From: Convolutriloba macropyga
Taxonomy: Eukaryota
DNA length: 64,000 nt
NCBI RefSeq assembly: GCF_964194025.1
Contig: NC_134477.1
Coordinates: 7,564,001-7,628,000 of the forward strand
Reading direction: 5' to 3'
Part shown: in pieces, positions 1 to 14,000 of the stretch
How positions within the stretch are numbered: the stretch's first letter is position 1
Layout: the number at the start of each line of letters is the position of its first letter
The notes under the pieces: model-generated
What the model was told of the DNA's origin: nothing
The model's database searches: none
What the model saw: the letters and a program-made list of their open reading frames with translations, nothing else
Translations under genes and position numbers: made by a program

Positions 1-573
1 CGTGCAAAAAATGATCAAATCAGGAGCTGAAACATGGCAAAATAGCATGTCTCAAAACGCAACCATTACGCTAGGCTGCATGTTTAAGGACCGTTAAAAT
101 ATGTGAGGATTGGAGCTTAAACATGGTGGTACAGCATTCGAGTTAGAAATAATATATAGATTCGTAGTAAACTGTCGCTAAATAAGACAGTGCCTTAAAT
201 TCTGAATGACAGCAATCTAGATCACCAAAAATTCAAGGGAGAAAAGTTCACTTCAAAAGCCAAATAGCCAGACGAACAACCGATAAATCGCATAGAAAAT
301 ACCACCAGGACTAAAATTTCTGCTACAAATTTTGTTCGAAAGCAACTAATATCTACTACGATAAACTCAACGCTTCAAAAACTTTTACTACCTTAAACCT
401 AGCAGAAAAACGCCAACAGATTGCCGAAAAAGTTGAGAAACAGACTTGAAGCAAAGGTGGCATGTACATAATTAAGTTAATTACTGATGCAACTTATAAA
501 GTCACTTGAGAAGTCAGAAATGTTCTTGAACGAAAGAGCACAAATGATCTGGCGACAATCTATCATTAAAAAT

Positions 574-1118
574 CATTCCCGGCAGATTGCCGGGAAAAAA
601 ACCTTCCTTGAATACCATATCGCCATTTGGAATTGAAAGAACAGAAAAAAAATGGACAAAACTGATTGATGTAAGCAATCTTTTTTAAAGCGTGAACCAT
701 TTTGAATTGATTTCGTTGTTAGACATACTCCTGCTACTTTGTGAGAGGATACAAGGGCTAGTGTTAATACCAATAGGCATTGGAGATGATAACTGTAAGC
801 AATGAGAACAAAATGTAAGTAGTGGGCATCTAAAAATGGGCTTTATGGGTTTTTATTCCCTTTCCATTTTCGATTTTATTTTTTTTATTCATTTTCCGTT
901 CATTCGTTCATTTTAGATTTCTTTGCCTAGCAACTGCTGTTTAAAAGCTCTATGAGCGGAATTAGCGAAGAAAGAAACTAGCCTGAAGAACTGAAAAAGA
1001 TTTCACGCGAAATGTCGAAAAAGCGGCAAAATATGGTAAAGCAAAACAAATCTTTATTCGACAAATTTTAAAAAAAAGACGGCCATAAAAGCCTGCTGAG
1101 AAGCTCAAGGCGGCTATT
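574..1118 (-). mobile_element. HINE (non-autonomous Helentron-type) family B copy
   Basis: Hairpin CCGGCAGATTGCCGG at one end and GGCGGCTATT at the other; internal sequence similar to the copies at 10513 and 36078. Confidence 0.75.
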
Positions 1119-1250
1119 AAACACACACGATTACAATAACTGCTTCAAAATTTGTTCAAAAGCAATTGGATTCACCCTCTAAATTAAATATTAAACACAC
1201 ACGCTTACAATAACTGCTTCAAAAATTGTTCAAGAGCAATTAGATTCCCT

Positions 1251-1417
1251 CTCTAAATTAAATTTCCCCGTCTATCGTTTCAGAACAATTCATCCGACGT
1301 TAGTCAGTTAATGTTTATAGTCCTCTCTCATTCCTTATGAGAGAGGGCTATAAACATTAACCGACTAACGTCGGATGAATTGTTCTGAAACGATAGACGG
1401 GGTAATTTAATTTAGAG
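1251..1417. repeat. Long inverted repeat (81-bp arms, 5-nt loop) built from a family A HINE end
   Basis: 1251-1331 is the reverse complement of 1337-1417 with 3 mismatches; loop TCCTT. Confidence 0.92.
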
Positions 1418-2036
1418 GGGGCGGGGTTTAGACATTTTTAATGGGTACAAAGAAAAGGGGTCCACAGGGTTTCGAACCAAGCACCTCCAGATTGGCGGTA
1501 ACACTCAGCTACAATAGCTTTCATTTCCTTTCGCTCGCAAACGCTTTCACCAACGGATTTTATTTCAGGAGAACAAATTGGATCACTCAAAAATGAAGAA
1601 CTGAAGTATGAAAAAGTCGCCCAAGAAGTCAAAGAATGTTCTAGAACAGAAGCGCAAAAACGGTCAAACAAAAATTTCGCTCACAAAAAGACACGTTTAC
1701 AGTCATTGCCTCAAGATCAATTAAAAATAACCGACTAAAGCCGGGCGAAGTGCTCTCAAACGAATGGCGAGCAGCTGGCTTCGTAAGTAGCTAGATGGTG
1801 CTTCGAGAGGCTACCTTGAGGTTAACTGAGAAAGGGGAAGGCGAAAGCACTATTGTTTATCAGCAGCTTCGGTCATTTGTAATTTTACAGACTACTAAAT
1901 CTCTAAGAGACTTAGAGTTTTACCTTTACTTAGAGTTTGTCCCCTTTTTGAGGACGAGAAGTCAAATTGTCAGACGAAACAAAACTAAGGCCAGCAAGAC
2001 TAATATTGTTGCTAAAAACGTCGTATGAGAGCAACT
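1354..2036 (-). mobile_element. Two abutting HINE family A copies (1354-1722, 1727-2036)
   Basis: Each starts on the plus strand with the hairpin CCGACTAACGTCGG or a variant plus a subTIR similar to AATTGCTCTCAAACG, and ends with the degenerate inverted subTIR (GAGAGCAA-like). Confidence 0.7.
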
Positions 2037-2082
2037 AAGAACAGAGTGCAAAGGTTACATTGTGTCTAGAAAATGTTGTTAC

Positions 2083-5000
2083 CGTCTTTGATTGCAGCTC
2101 CTTTAGCCAGAATGCTCTTAATGTAGACTGGGGAATTGGCATTGCTGGGTCCAGAGTTGTCTCGCTCCGTTAGACTAAAGCCAAGACCATCAGGACCTGC
2201 AAAAAGAAAAGTCCATTAAATTAGAGACCAAACACACTTAAAAGTGTCTAAAAAATGAGAGAACAACATCTCTACTTAATTATTTAATTTCCCACAGTTA
2301 AGTCACCTTCTTAACCACAATCAGAACGTGACTTGACTGTGGGTGAAATTTCCGAGAGAAATTTAGACTCATTCAATCACAGCTGTCTTGATTAGAATTT
2401 CTATAAAATGGTCGCTTTCTTTTAATATACTGGCGCATATAAACTTTTTTTGGGGTGAGCAGCGTTTAAGATCAAAAACGTACCCAGCGCGCTAATCAAA
2501 CTTTTCAGCTGCTTTTTCTCATTCAAGACTTAATTGTTCCCTTGACTGCAAAACTTAATCTATTCGCGATTATGTAACTGACCTTTGTTTAATTGCACTT
2601 TGATCTTTCGGCCGATCTTCTTAGTGTTAGCCCTGCCCATGAGAGAGAGGGGACTGTCGAAGTTGAATGTTCGATTTCCACCAGAGTCCGCGGGAGGAGT
2701 TGAAACATCTTGTCTGGCTACACCACCTACAGAGGAAACGTCCAGTAGGAGCAGTTGTCAAGGAAATTTGAACAATCATCAAATCTTCCCCTTTTTGTTT
2801 GCGCCCCCTTATTATTTCCATCCTTCGATAGAACATTAATTTTTACATAATGACTTACGAAGCATCATAATTACAACGAGCAAATTGCACGAGAATAGAT
2901 CTAAAGGGCGTTTAACTCAGGAAATTTTTGCATTCTGCTGCAACCCAATTTTGAAGGCCGAAAACCTTTGCAACTAACTTCAACGTTTTTTTAAGAAAAT
3001 TGAAAAGCAATTCGAACGACTGCCAGTTGCCAGCTTTTAGAAATACAGTAATAAGCCTTAAACGTCCAGATTTTCTTTGTGATGCAGCTTTCTTCTTTAA
3101 AAATTAGAGTTCGAATACCAATAGATAATAAATCAAAAAATTAAAGCGCACCCAACCTGCTTCAGATGCATTCAACTGTTGCTGTTGTTTTCTTCTGTTG
3201 TGTTGTGATGATCGCGGGAGGGTTGAAGAGGAAACAGGACCAGCTGACAAATTGTAGCCACTGTTGCTTTGAGGTAGGCTTGGATTACTACTGTTCCCTT
3301 TAAGTGCTGGTTGCTGTAGAGATGTGTGAGCAGTGCTGTCATTACCCTGCAGCTGTCTTCTATCTGGTGAAGGAAAGAAGTATCTGAAAAAGGTCAAAAC
3401 CGAATTTGTTTCTCATTTCGCACAAACAACTTGGTTTTTTGAAAAGCAATCTATAAGCAGCTCGGACCGATAGTTGTATGTATAAAAGATGTCATTTCCT
3501 GATTAGTTGAGTTTGCACCCCCATTAATGTCATTTGGCAATGACATTAATATCATATCTGTTCAAAATATCATTACTTCGATGGAAATTACGCCCATTCG
3601 AACTGCTTCATTCCAACTGTACATATCCATCATAAATGACAATTTACACCCCTCGAATGATCTATTTAAAAATACTGGCTAGTCATGTCTACTGCTAGGC
3701 TACACCAATCATTGTTACTGCATAATGAACACATATTAATTTCTTCACATCATTAGCTTCTGTAAACAAAATTAGCGAGAATGGGAGAACAGAACATAGG
3801 AACTAAGCAGGACTCACCTGTTTTGACCTCTGACGTCACCATCACCCGTCACAGGAGGCTCAGTACTGCTACTCATAGGTGTGATCGATATAGACGTTGA
3901 TGACAAATTGGCGGGCGAAAGAGGGTTATTCAGAAGGGAGGACCTGTTTGGAACCGACAGCGAATTGCTCGAACTGCCAGTAGTTGTCACGGTCTGATTT
4001 GTAACGATTCTTAGGGTTAAGGAGGGTGTTTGCAGCGCATTCTTGAATACGTTTTGGGCCCTTAAATGGAAAATCAATTCGGTTTTGTAAATTCTGTTTC
4101 GCGAAAGCTCCATAGAGACTAATATAATGTCAAAAGGGTTGAAGTTCTTAGGTTTAAATGTTCTCTAACTTTAGAAAAGACTTTATAAGAAACAGCAATA
4201 GAGAACACTTACTTTAACTGTTCAAATTCTGAGACAGAACCACTTAACTCCATCGAGGTAATCACTTAAAACTTTCGTTTTCTCTTCTCAAAACCAATTA
4301 TATGCTTACAGTAATGAAAAAGACCAAATATAACACAACTCTGCTGTCAGAACAACGAAATGTCCCAAACATTGACATATTTACCAACGGCGGACAATTA
4401 GGCTAAGTACTAGGTCACTTCAGTAAAATAGCCGCCAGCAAAGACGTCACTTTATACAAACACTCGAATTTAGAGCTTTTTCATCCATTACGAGACTAGC
4501 GACATCTGTAAAAACTTGCCGATCAAAACTTTTCAAGAAAATGAACGAACTGACAACAGTTACTCCCAGGCGTCATTTGTGTAAATAGTTTCAATAGTGT
4601 AAATAAACGCTGTAAATAGTTTCAATTTAATCAACATGACTCAAATTTTTTTTTGTTCAGACTATATTTTTTGCATCGGAAAACTTTATACAGAAAACAG
4701 AGGCATTGGTAAAGGTCTAAAAACCTCAGTTTTCATTTTTCGTTTAAAATTGGCAACAAAACGTATTCTAGTTTTGTTGAATTTGGACAAATTTTACGCT
4801 AATTTTTTCAAATTATTCCAAACTTACAGCTTAAAAACTGTTCCCCGTACACTTTCGCAGTCACCGAATACGGCAAATAGCCCGTAGATTGCCAGGGATC
4901 AGCCGCTCTTCATTTCTTTGACGTTCAGTGGGATGACAGAAAATGAACATAACCGATTAAACGTCGGAAGAATCGCTCTCGAACAACTAGTGGTAGCTCT

Positions 5001-8000
5001 AATCAATTGCAACCTGCTTCAGTCGGGGGGAGGGGAGCCTAAATGGGACTAAGAAGTTCAATAGTGGGCTTCAAAAAACCACATTAGAAGTTAATATATA
5101 CCACCATTAAGATTTAAAGTAAAAAATGGCACAACTTTCGGCGCACTTTTCATTTGACTTTTAGTATTAAATTTCCGCCAATTGAATTCAGCTGCTTGAA
5201 ATTGCGATTGAGATAGAATTTTAGATCATGCGAAACGCAAAGTCTAGGGCGTAAAAGTCAATCGAAAAGTCAAAATTGTCGAGCGAAAATTTTGCATAAA
5301 AAGACACACGTTTACAATAATTGTTATGAACTTTGTTCAACAGCAATTAAAAACAAAAACCGACTAACGTCGGATGAATTGCTCTTGAACGACAGGCGCG
5401 GGCAAGTTAATTTTGAAAAAAAAAGACACACATTTACAATAATTGCTTCAAACTTCGTTCCAAAGCAATTAACGATACAAATTGACGGCCTCTTTTCATT
5501 GTAAAAAGTATTCAAATGTGGAATGCAATTCAAGTTAGACAAAACAATTATACATAACTCAGCTTCTCAACTGAAGTCTAATATTCTTAATACTTATACT
5601 AGATAGCAATCGCTTCCATTTGATAACCTAATGCATCATAGTTTGACCACTAACAAAACCGTGCTTTACCGATAATCGTCTACCTTTTGATCTTAACAGT
5701 ATCCATACAATTGCGTACATTTGTTGAATAATTTCTGAACACCGTTTAGCTCAAAGAGTGAGTGAGGTAAATGCGAAATCAACAAAAAAAATCAGGAACT
5801 GTGCAACAGAAGACGTGAACGAAAATTTATATCAAAAACACCTAAATCAAATTGAAGTAAAATGTAACCTACATCAAAGCCAAGGCAGCTTCCCAATTAA
5901 GTCCATTATTGGCTTCAATAAGGAAATAGATTACAAAAACAAACGATCAGAAAAAAATAGTAAAATCTGCTAACATTTCTAGGGAAGTTCTTTACGCAAT
6001 ACATCTTCAAACAATGAGTTCCAGAAAAAAAATTAACTAAGAATGTTAACTTTTTAAATTATTTTTTAAAGCTGTCCCAAAATATTCGAAAAATTTTTAA
6101 ATTTGTTTTTAATGATGGTCATCAAAAGCGTACCAAATGTACTAATTTCAGAAAGACCAGCCCATCAAAAGTAATTTCCCTTACCAGCGAATTATTTAGA
6201 ACATGACCGTAACGTCGGGTGAATAGCTCAAACGACCGGCGAGCAGTTGGCTTCGTCAGCAGCTAGCCATACAGCGGGGGTCACCGGGGGGACTGGGGCA
6301 ACAGTGGGGTGGGGGGCGGGGGCAAAAGCGAGGGGGCAACAGTGGGGGTGGGGGTTTCAACCTCTAAGAACTGTCCTTCACACCATAAGAATGTCTCAGA
6401 AAACAGTTTCTGTGTGAATCGCATACTTGGAGACTAGTGAGCTGAAGGGCTCTACAAGCACTTAATGCCCGCTGGGCGCTATCTGTTTATTCCATTTTTG
6501 AGGATGAAAAGTCAAATGGGTCAGACGAAAAATTGGACAAGCGAAAAATTGCATAAAAAAGACTGACCGAAAAACAAAGAAGAAATTATGAAGAACACTT
6601 CAAAATAGAGCCCAAAGTCATATAGAGCCCAAAGTCATAAGTTTTGAAATTCTGAGAAAAAATATTGTAACGCACAACCCAGAAAGATCCCGTAGACTGC
6701 AACAGATGTAAATTAGCTGGCAGATTGCCAGAAAATAGCCACAAAAGCTTTGTAGATCTGCAGTCTCAACAAACAGTAAAGACAGACCAAAAAAATCGTC
6801 TTTTCATTGAAGGCTGATATATTATTTTTTGATTAAAAATCTCTTTTTGCTGCCCCTATTAGCTGCTCTCAAAAAACCTTCACTTAGAGTGACAAACACC
6901 CATTTGACCTTATCTCTTTGAATTGAAGTAAACAAAAGTCAATTTCGAAGTGAGGAAGTCATTTTTGAGAGTGAGTAACTCAAGTGTGATCAAAAATTTA
7001 ATCACGCGAATGAACAAACTACATCCAATGAGAGCGAAAAACGACGTCCCGCACGCAATTCAGTTGAAATTGCATGAATGAATGAACAAAAAGTGGTTGT
7101 GACGTCATATGGTCGTAACAAAAATCGCGAAATTAAAAAAAAACCAAGAGAAGGCCAATAATAACCCCAGCTATCGCTGTGCAGCTATTAAACACCTAAA
7201 ATGCCATTAAACGTATAAAATGAGAAAATATCCCAAATGGCTTCAATAAACTAATAAAATCTTAAAAAACTCAAAAATGATGGGTTGTCAAACGCCCAGT
7301 GTATATACAGTAGCCAATTGAGTAGCCACATATTTTTTATTTAAACTTTTCAAGACGTTTACCATTAAAAAACACAGCCGGCGCATTGCCCAAAAATAGC
7401 CGCCGTTGACGCAGTTAATGCACATTGGTATTGAAACAGCAAAAAAGAAGAGACTTTGACTGACAATATTCACCACAAAATCCATTCAGGTGAAACAGAA
7501 GTAAGTCAAAAGTCAAACGTAAAAATCGTGACTTATGTAATACGAAAAACGTGATCAAAAGGTAAAGCGAATTTTTTAAAAAAACGCATAAATAATAGCC
7601 GTTGAGAGCCTGACGGCGGCTATTAAAAACCAACTAACAACGGAAAAATTGCTCTCGAATGACAGGCAGCGCAATTTCAGGGGCCGTGGCCTCGATAGAT
7701 TTTTCTTTATGGTTGCTAAAACATCAGCGACGGTAGGTTTCGAACCCCGAACTCCTGAGTCCTCGACGGAGGTAAGATTGGGCTATCAGGGCCTTGACAT
7801 CGAGTCTCTAACAATCGCTTTTGTTTGAACAACAAACTTTATTTCGGAGGGAGAGCAATTGAAATCACTCAAAAATCAAGAAGACGTGCGTGAAAAAGTC
7901 AGTTCAGAAGTCAAAGATTTTTCTAGAAGAAACGCGCAAAAAAAGTGAAAAATTTGCATAAAAAAGACAAATTCACACAATAATTCTCATTCGAGAGCAA

Positions 8001-11000
8001 TTAATATTCAGCAGATCGCTTGCAATTGATACGATGGTCAATACGATAGCACGAAATCCTGAGGGCCTAATTTGACAACAACTTTTTTTTATAAAACAGT
8101 TGCAAAAGATGTATTCAGGAGGAACGCTCATTAACAAACCGTTTGTACATAAGTCGTACCTACAAATTCAGCCCAAAAATTACGGTATTTTTGTTAATTA
8201 CATTTCGTATCAAGCAAGTAGAAGTCACCATTCAAATCAGAGAGTATGGTCAGCAATTAATGAGGGACATCATAAGTCGTAGTTTTTAGAGCCTTCATGG
8301 AAAAATACCCACTTGTTCGCTCCAAAAAAAAGTTCACAGATCTTTAAAAAAAAAGGAATTGGACAAACAGATCTTCGACTGAATTTTTAAAAAACTTTAT
8401 TTCACACGCTGGAGAAGCATGTATGCATCCAAATAAATGGTGGTGTTTCAATGCATTCATGTGTCTACTGAATTCGGATAAAAGGCGAAATCTTTAAGCG
8501 AAAATCTTTAGTCATTTTAAACTATTTTGTCATTTTAAACTATCTAGAAAATCTTTTGTCATTTTAAACTATTTTGTCATTTTAAACTATCTCGAAAATC
8601 TTTTGTCATTTTAAAAATCTTTTGTCATTTTAAAAAGTTAGTTGACGAAACTAACTTTTTCTTAACAAATTAAACCCGGCGTCTAGATTTATGGACAATA
8701 ATTTTTCGCAGATGCAATAAAAAGAGAATAATGATAATTGTCAACTCCTACAGAAAAGAGCGATAGTTGACTTAAACTTTTCGCGTTAAATGACCTTATT
8801 CGTTATGACTAAAAACTGTAAGCAGTATCGTCATTTTGACTAGTCACCCAAAATTGAAGCACTCAAACATTGCTAATTATATTTTCCAGGAATCGTAGAA
8901 CTTTTACACTATGCTAGTCCTTGACTCAACTTCATAGTTTAAATTAAAACTGTTTCTGAATCATTGCAGGATCCTCTATCAAAATGTATAACTTTGAATT
9001 CTAGGTAATAGTTATTCAAGAGTAAATGGAGCGATATGTAATGAAGGCGCCTAATTAGACCGCGGGAAAGAGGTACTTTTCCCACAATTTCAAACCCTAG
9101 ATTTGAAGTTTTGGATAAATAAACTTGATATCCTTATCCGGGGCATTAAATAGCTTCTATCGCAATAGCTTCTAATTTTAGACTAGAAAAAAGTAATCAT
9201 TTGTATGGGTGGTATAGAGGTAATATCAACAACAGTCATAAACTTGCAAAGAAAAACAAGCAATAAGGGTGGGTTGAACAAATCTATTATCCCTGGCGAG
9301 AAGTTAATTATGCATAAAGGGGTGAATTTCCTATGATAAAAAATCTGTTAAGTCAATGTTAATCACCATTTAGTGATAATACCAGTTCTTGGATCACTTT
9401 AAAATATAGAGCTATAGATCTTTTCTCGTTTGTGCCCCCCGCTTAGTGCGCGCATATTATATGCAACCCCCAAGCGCCCGTGCGATATTCTTACATGAAT
9501 TACCAAGTAATGACGCATGATAAGTGTAACTGGGCGGGATGCATAAGTTACTGGTGGGGGAGGGGGGTACAATCCAAACACCCAGAAATAGAGAAAACAG
9601 AATAGATCCGCAAGGTCAAAAGACCAAGGAAAGAAATCGTTATAGAACGATTTTAACTCGTACTCACGCTTCAAATGTGAGACCATAGAGAGATGCGCCG
9701 TTGATCTCAGTGATGAGATCTCCAGATGATAAAATGGACTGTGCATGTGCCTTTCCTCCTTCGTTCACTTGTCTCACAAGCAGACCAACTGCCACATTCT
9801 CACCTGCAGCTGCAGAGCGCACCTCTTGATTTGTAACCACACCAGACCTGAAAAATCCCATTCAATTAGTTCAAGCATTCAAATAAAGACTTTCACCGAC
9901 GATCAGAAACTTCTCGACTTCTGAATCAACATTTAAATCGGCACCAATGAAAGATCAAAACATAACGATTGATTTGTAATATATTACATGCAACTATTCT
10001 AGACAATGAAAACATTAGTTACAACTAAAATCACAAATTTATCATTTTGATTAACTAATTTAATTAATCACAAATTAATTAAACATGCAACTTTTCCAAA
10101 TTTGAGTCAGATTGAAAGCTGAAAAGGTCATAATTTAACCATCCCTAGATGCGCTCTAAAAACAAATAATACAAAACGTCTTCTTAATAGTACATGCTTT
10201 TATCAACATCGGTATCATCAGTCTTTTTGACCAGATTTAGACCGTAGACACCGTACTAGAACCTACATGAACACCGTGAAGCCATTGATGGTCTTTGGTG
10301 AAAATTGATGAATGGTCTTTTCATCGAAAATTGATGAATGGCTAAGTTTGAATAAAGCGTTCTTGACAAAGACTCTTTCTTTAAACCGCTTCAAGGAATT
10401 AGTTATCAAGGCTTCTTTTAAAAAGACTATTGATAAACTGTCAGATCTCTAATGTTTTTGTATTTATTTCATAAAATGTCCTTATATTCTGAAGAACAAT
10501 TTGTTATAATAAACATGCCCGGCAGATTGCCGGAAAATAGCCGCCGTTGATTCCAATAAGCATGATTGGGATTGAACGAATAGAATATATTGAAAAAAAA
10601 AACATTTTTGTACAAAAATATTTTTTAAGTCCGACTTATTTTGATGGCATTTCGTAGTTGAACATACTTCTGTTTCTTAGAGAGAGGCTACAGGGGCTAA
10701 TATCAACACCAATAAGCATTAGAGGTGGTAACTAAGACTTATAGGAACGACGTTCAAGTAGCGGGCATCTAAAATTGGGCTTTATGGGTTTATCCCGTTT
10801 CTATTTCTGACTTCAATTTTTTATACCGACTCTTTTCATTTTGAATTGCTTTGCTTAGCAACTGATGTTCAAATTCACTTTTAGCAGAATGAGAGAAGAG
10901 AAACTAGCCTAGAGAAGTCAAAAAGATTTCGCGCAAAATGTCGAAAAAGCGGCAAAATGGTAAAGCGAAAAAAAGTTTGACGAAGTAAAAAAACATAGCA

Positions 11001-14000
11001 GGACAAGTCCTGACGTACAATTCAAAGAATTTTCATTGACTAAACAGAAAACTAGACCTAGAACGGACTATGAATGGATTGGAAAAACCAATTAGAAAAA
11101 ATCTGATCCAAAAAATTGAAAAAACAGTAAAAATCAGAGTGAAATTGCCGCATGTGAAAAAAAACCACTACCGAGAAACCAAATTTTTGTTCAAACACCA
11201 TTTCTCACTCTACTTTAAAATTAGAGCGAAAAATATTCACGCCGCAAAACCACTCGCTTTTTCGCTCCATTTCCTGTTTCGGCGTGACCAAAATCACTAC
11301 TCCAATTTGACTTCAAAAATCATGAAAATGTGTGAACAGATCTTAAAAAACATAGCCGGAAGAATTCCGGAAGCGACTCGAAGCGTCAGAACTTCACTAA
11401 CAAAACCGTAATTAACGCAACGGAAGCCACCAGCTTTTGTATTAAACCATTAACTCACTACCTCTCCAGAACTGCTCTAAGAATTGGTGAAACTAAAACT
11501 ACTGTCAACAAGAGAAACAAAATGAAAAATTTTATATTAATGAAAACGTTTGGTAACGTTAAAAGTCCAAAATAATTAAGGGGTGGTCAAAAACCTGATA
11601 GTCTGAAAAAGCTAAAAAGGTTATGAATAGTCCTCAAATAATTCATGATTCTAATCTGAAAAAGATCGCAAAAGCAAACGGCAGATAATAATATTAGAAA
11701 CTAAGTTAAATCTTTTCAAAAAAGAAAGCTCAAATTTAAGAATCAGAAAACACCTTAATTACACTGCTAATCACTGCGATTAAGACAAAAAACAACACAC
11801 ACCTGTTCCTTGTTGTATATAAGCTAAACAACATGATTTCATACTAAATCAAAAATAAAATTGATCATAGAAAAGACATAAGCAACAGAAGAATATTCAA
11901 AGGCAAACGATCGTTTAAGTTAATGCCAAGGCCAGAAGAAAGCTGTATTAATAAGCCATAGGTGAAAAATTTTGAAAAAGGTTGCTATCAAACTCTCAGT
12001 ACCGTCTTATGTTGAATGAAATCAATTGCAAACCAAAGAAATGACGAAAATCTAAGAAAAAGCTGAAATCATTCATTTTTTACAACTGAAAAAATCAATA
12101 TACCGAAAATAAGTGTAGGTGCCAGGACAAAGCTAGAATGATACTAACTAGAATGTTAACATGGGCACAATGGAATGAACAACGTAACAAAAAGACATTC
12201 TTGATTTTTGAAAGTTAGAAATCAATTTAAAAAATTCAAGAAAAACGAATACATTTCATAGTTCAGCATTCGAGACATAGAAAATATAACTAGTTATCCG
12301 ATACAAAGATCTATCTTCCTGAAGAAAACAAAAAAAATAGGAAAAAGCAGAATTCGTAAATACGAAACATTGAAACATTTTGCAAAAAAAATGGTCAAAG
12401 AAATTTTAAGTTAAGACTGCATTTATGAAAAAAGTTTTAACTGTTTTTTCAAAACTTAACGCCAAAAAATGATTGAAATTTTATTGAAATGAAATTAAAG
12501 TCCCTCATGTTGCAAAAAAAAATATTTCTAGCTATTACAACCAAAATACAAACGAAAAACTGACGAAAATCGGAAAAAAACTACCAAACTCGGATTAGCA
12601 TATGTACAATTTTATGAAACAAAATTACATCGAGGTAGAGAGAGGCGTTGAGTATAGAAATTATCAAAGAGAAGTTGCCATATCAACTGATTTTTGACAA
12701 AAAGACGGTTAAAAGATCCAAAAATGAAGAAATTAATATAAAAAATGCCAAAAACTAACTAAAAAATCAAAAAAATTATGTGCTAATTTTCAATTTGAAA
12801 CGCATTTTCAGGCTCTGCAGAACACTGCGGTATCAATTTCCGATGTTGAAATTTCAATATAGTATCGAATAAAATTTATTTCTACAAGAAACAAAATTAA
12901 AAGCAAAAAAATTGGGCCACTTAGACGAAAAAACGGCTAAAAACGGTTATCTATATGTGCAATTCAGTCAAAAAGTACTTTTCAAAGTCAAAAAGTCATT
13001 CACAAAACGCAGCGCATGATCAAAAAACTTCTCTCGCTTAGCGAAAATCTGTTCACCAAAACAGCTTTTCTCACTTTTGCTTTTAGGTCAAAATGCCGCG
13101 TGAACAAATCTACTTCCTGTAAAAAAAAACATAGCCGGAAGAATTCCGGAAGCGACTCGAAGCGTAAAAACTTGACAAAACCCTAATTGCAGCTGAAACC
13201 ATTACCTTTTTTAAAAAACCAAAAACTCTGTCACCAAGAGAAACAAATTTAAACCACTGTCACCAAGAGAAACAAAATGCCACAAAAATATTTATTACTG
13301 AAAACGTTTGGTAAGGATAAGTGCAAAATAATTAGGATAGTCAAAACACTGATAGTCTCAAAAACTGACAGGGCTATCAACTGCCCTCAAATAATTCATG
13401 ATTCTAATCTCAAAAAGATCGCTAAAGCAAACGGCAGATAATAATAACTTAGAAACTAAATTAAATTTTTCAAAAAATAATGCTCAAAGATAAGAATCAG
13501 AAAATTACTACAGTTCGATTTCTCATCACTGCAATTAAGACAAAAACAACATATACTTTTTTCTTCTTGTATATATGCCAGACAACATCATTTCAAACTA
13601 ATTCAAAAATTAAATTAATCATAGAAAAGCAACCGCGTAATATTTAAAGGCAAAAAAATGTTTGAGAACAATACCAAGGTCGGAAAAAAATACAATAAAA
13701 AGTAATAAGTAGCAATTCTGGAAAAGGCTTTCTAGTAAACTCTTAGTACTGCCTGATGTTGAATGAAATCAATTGCAACCCAAAGAAATGACGAAAATCT
13801 AAGAAAAAGCCGAAATCACTCAATTTGTTAATAACTGAAAAAATCAATAAAACCAGTATAAATGTAGGTGCCAGGACAGAGCTAGAATGATACAAGCTAG
13901 ATTGTGAAAAATATGGACACAATGTAAGGAACACCGTAACAAAGACGAATTCTTGATTTTTGAAAGTTCAAATCAAATTTTAAAATTTTGAAAGTTTAAA

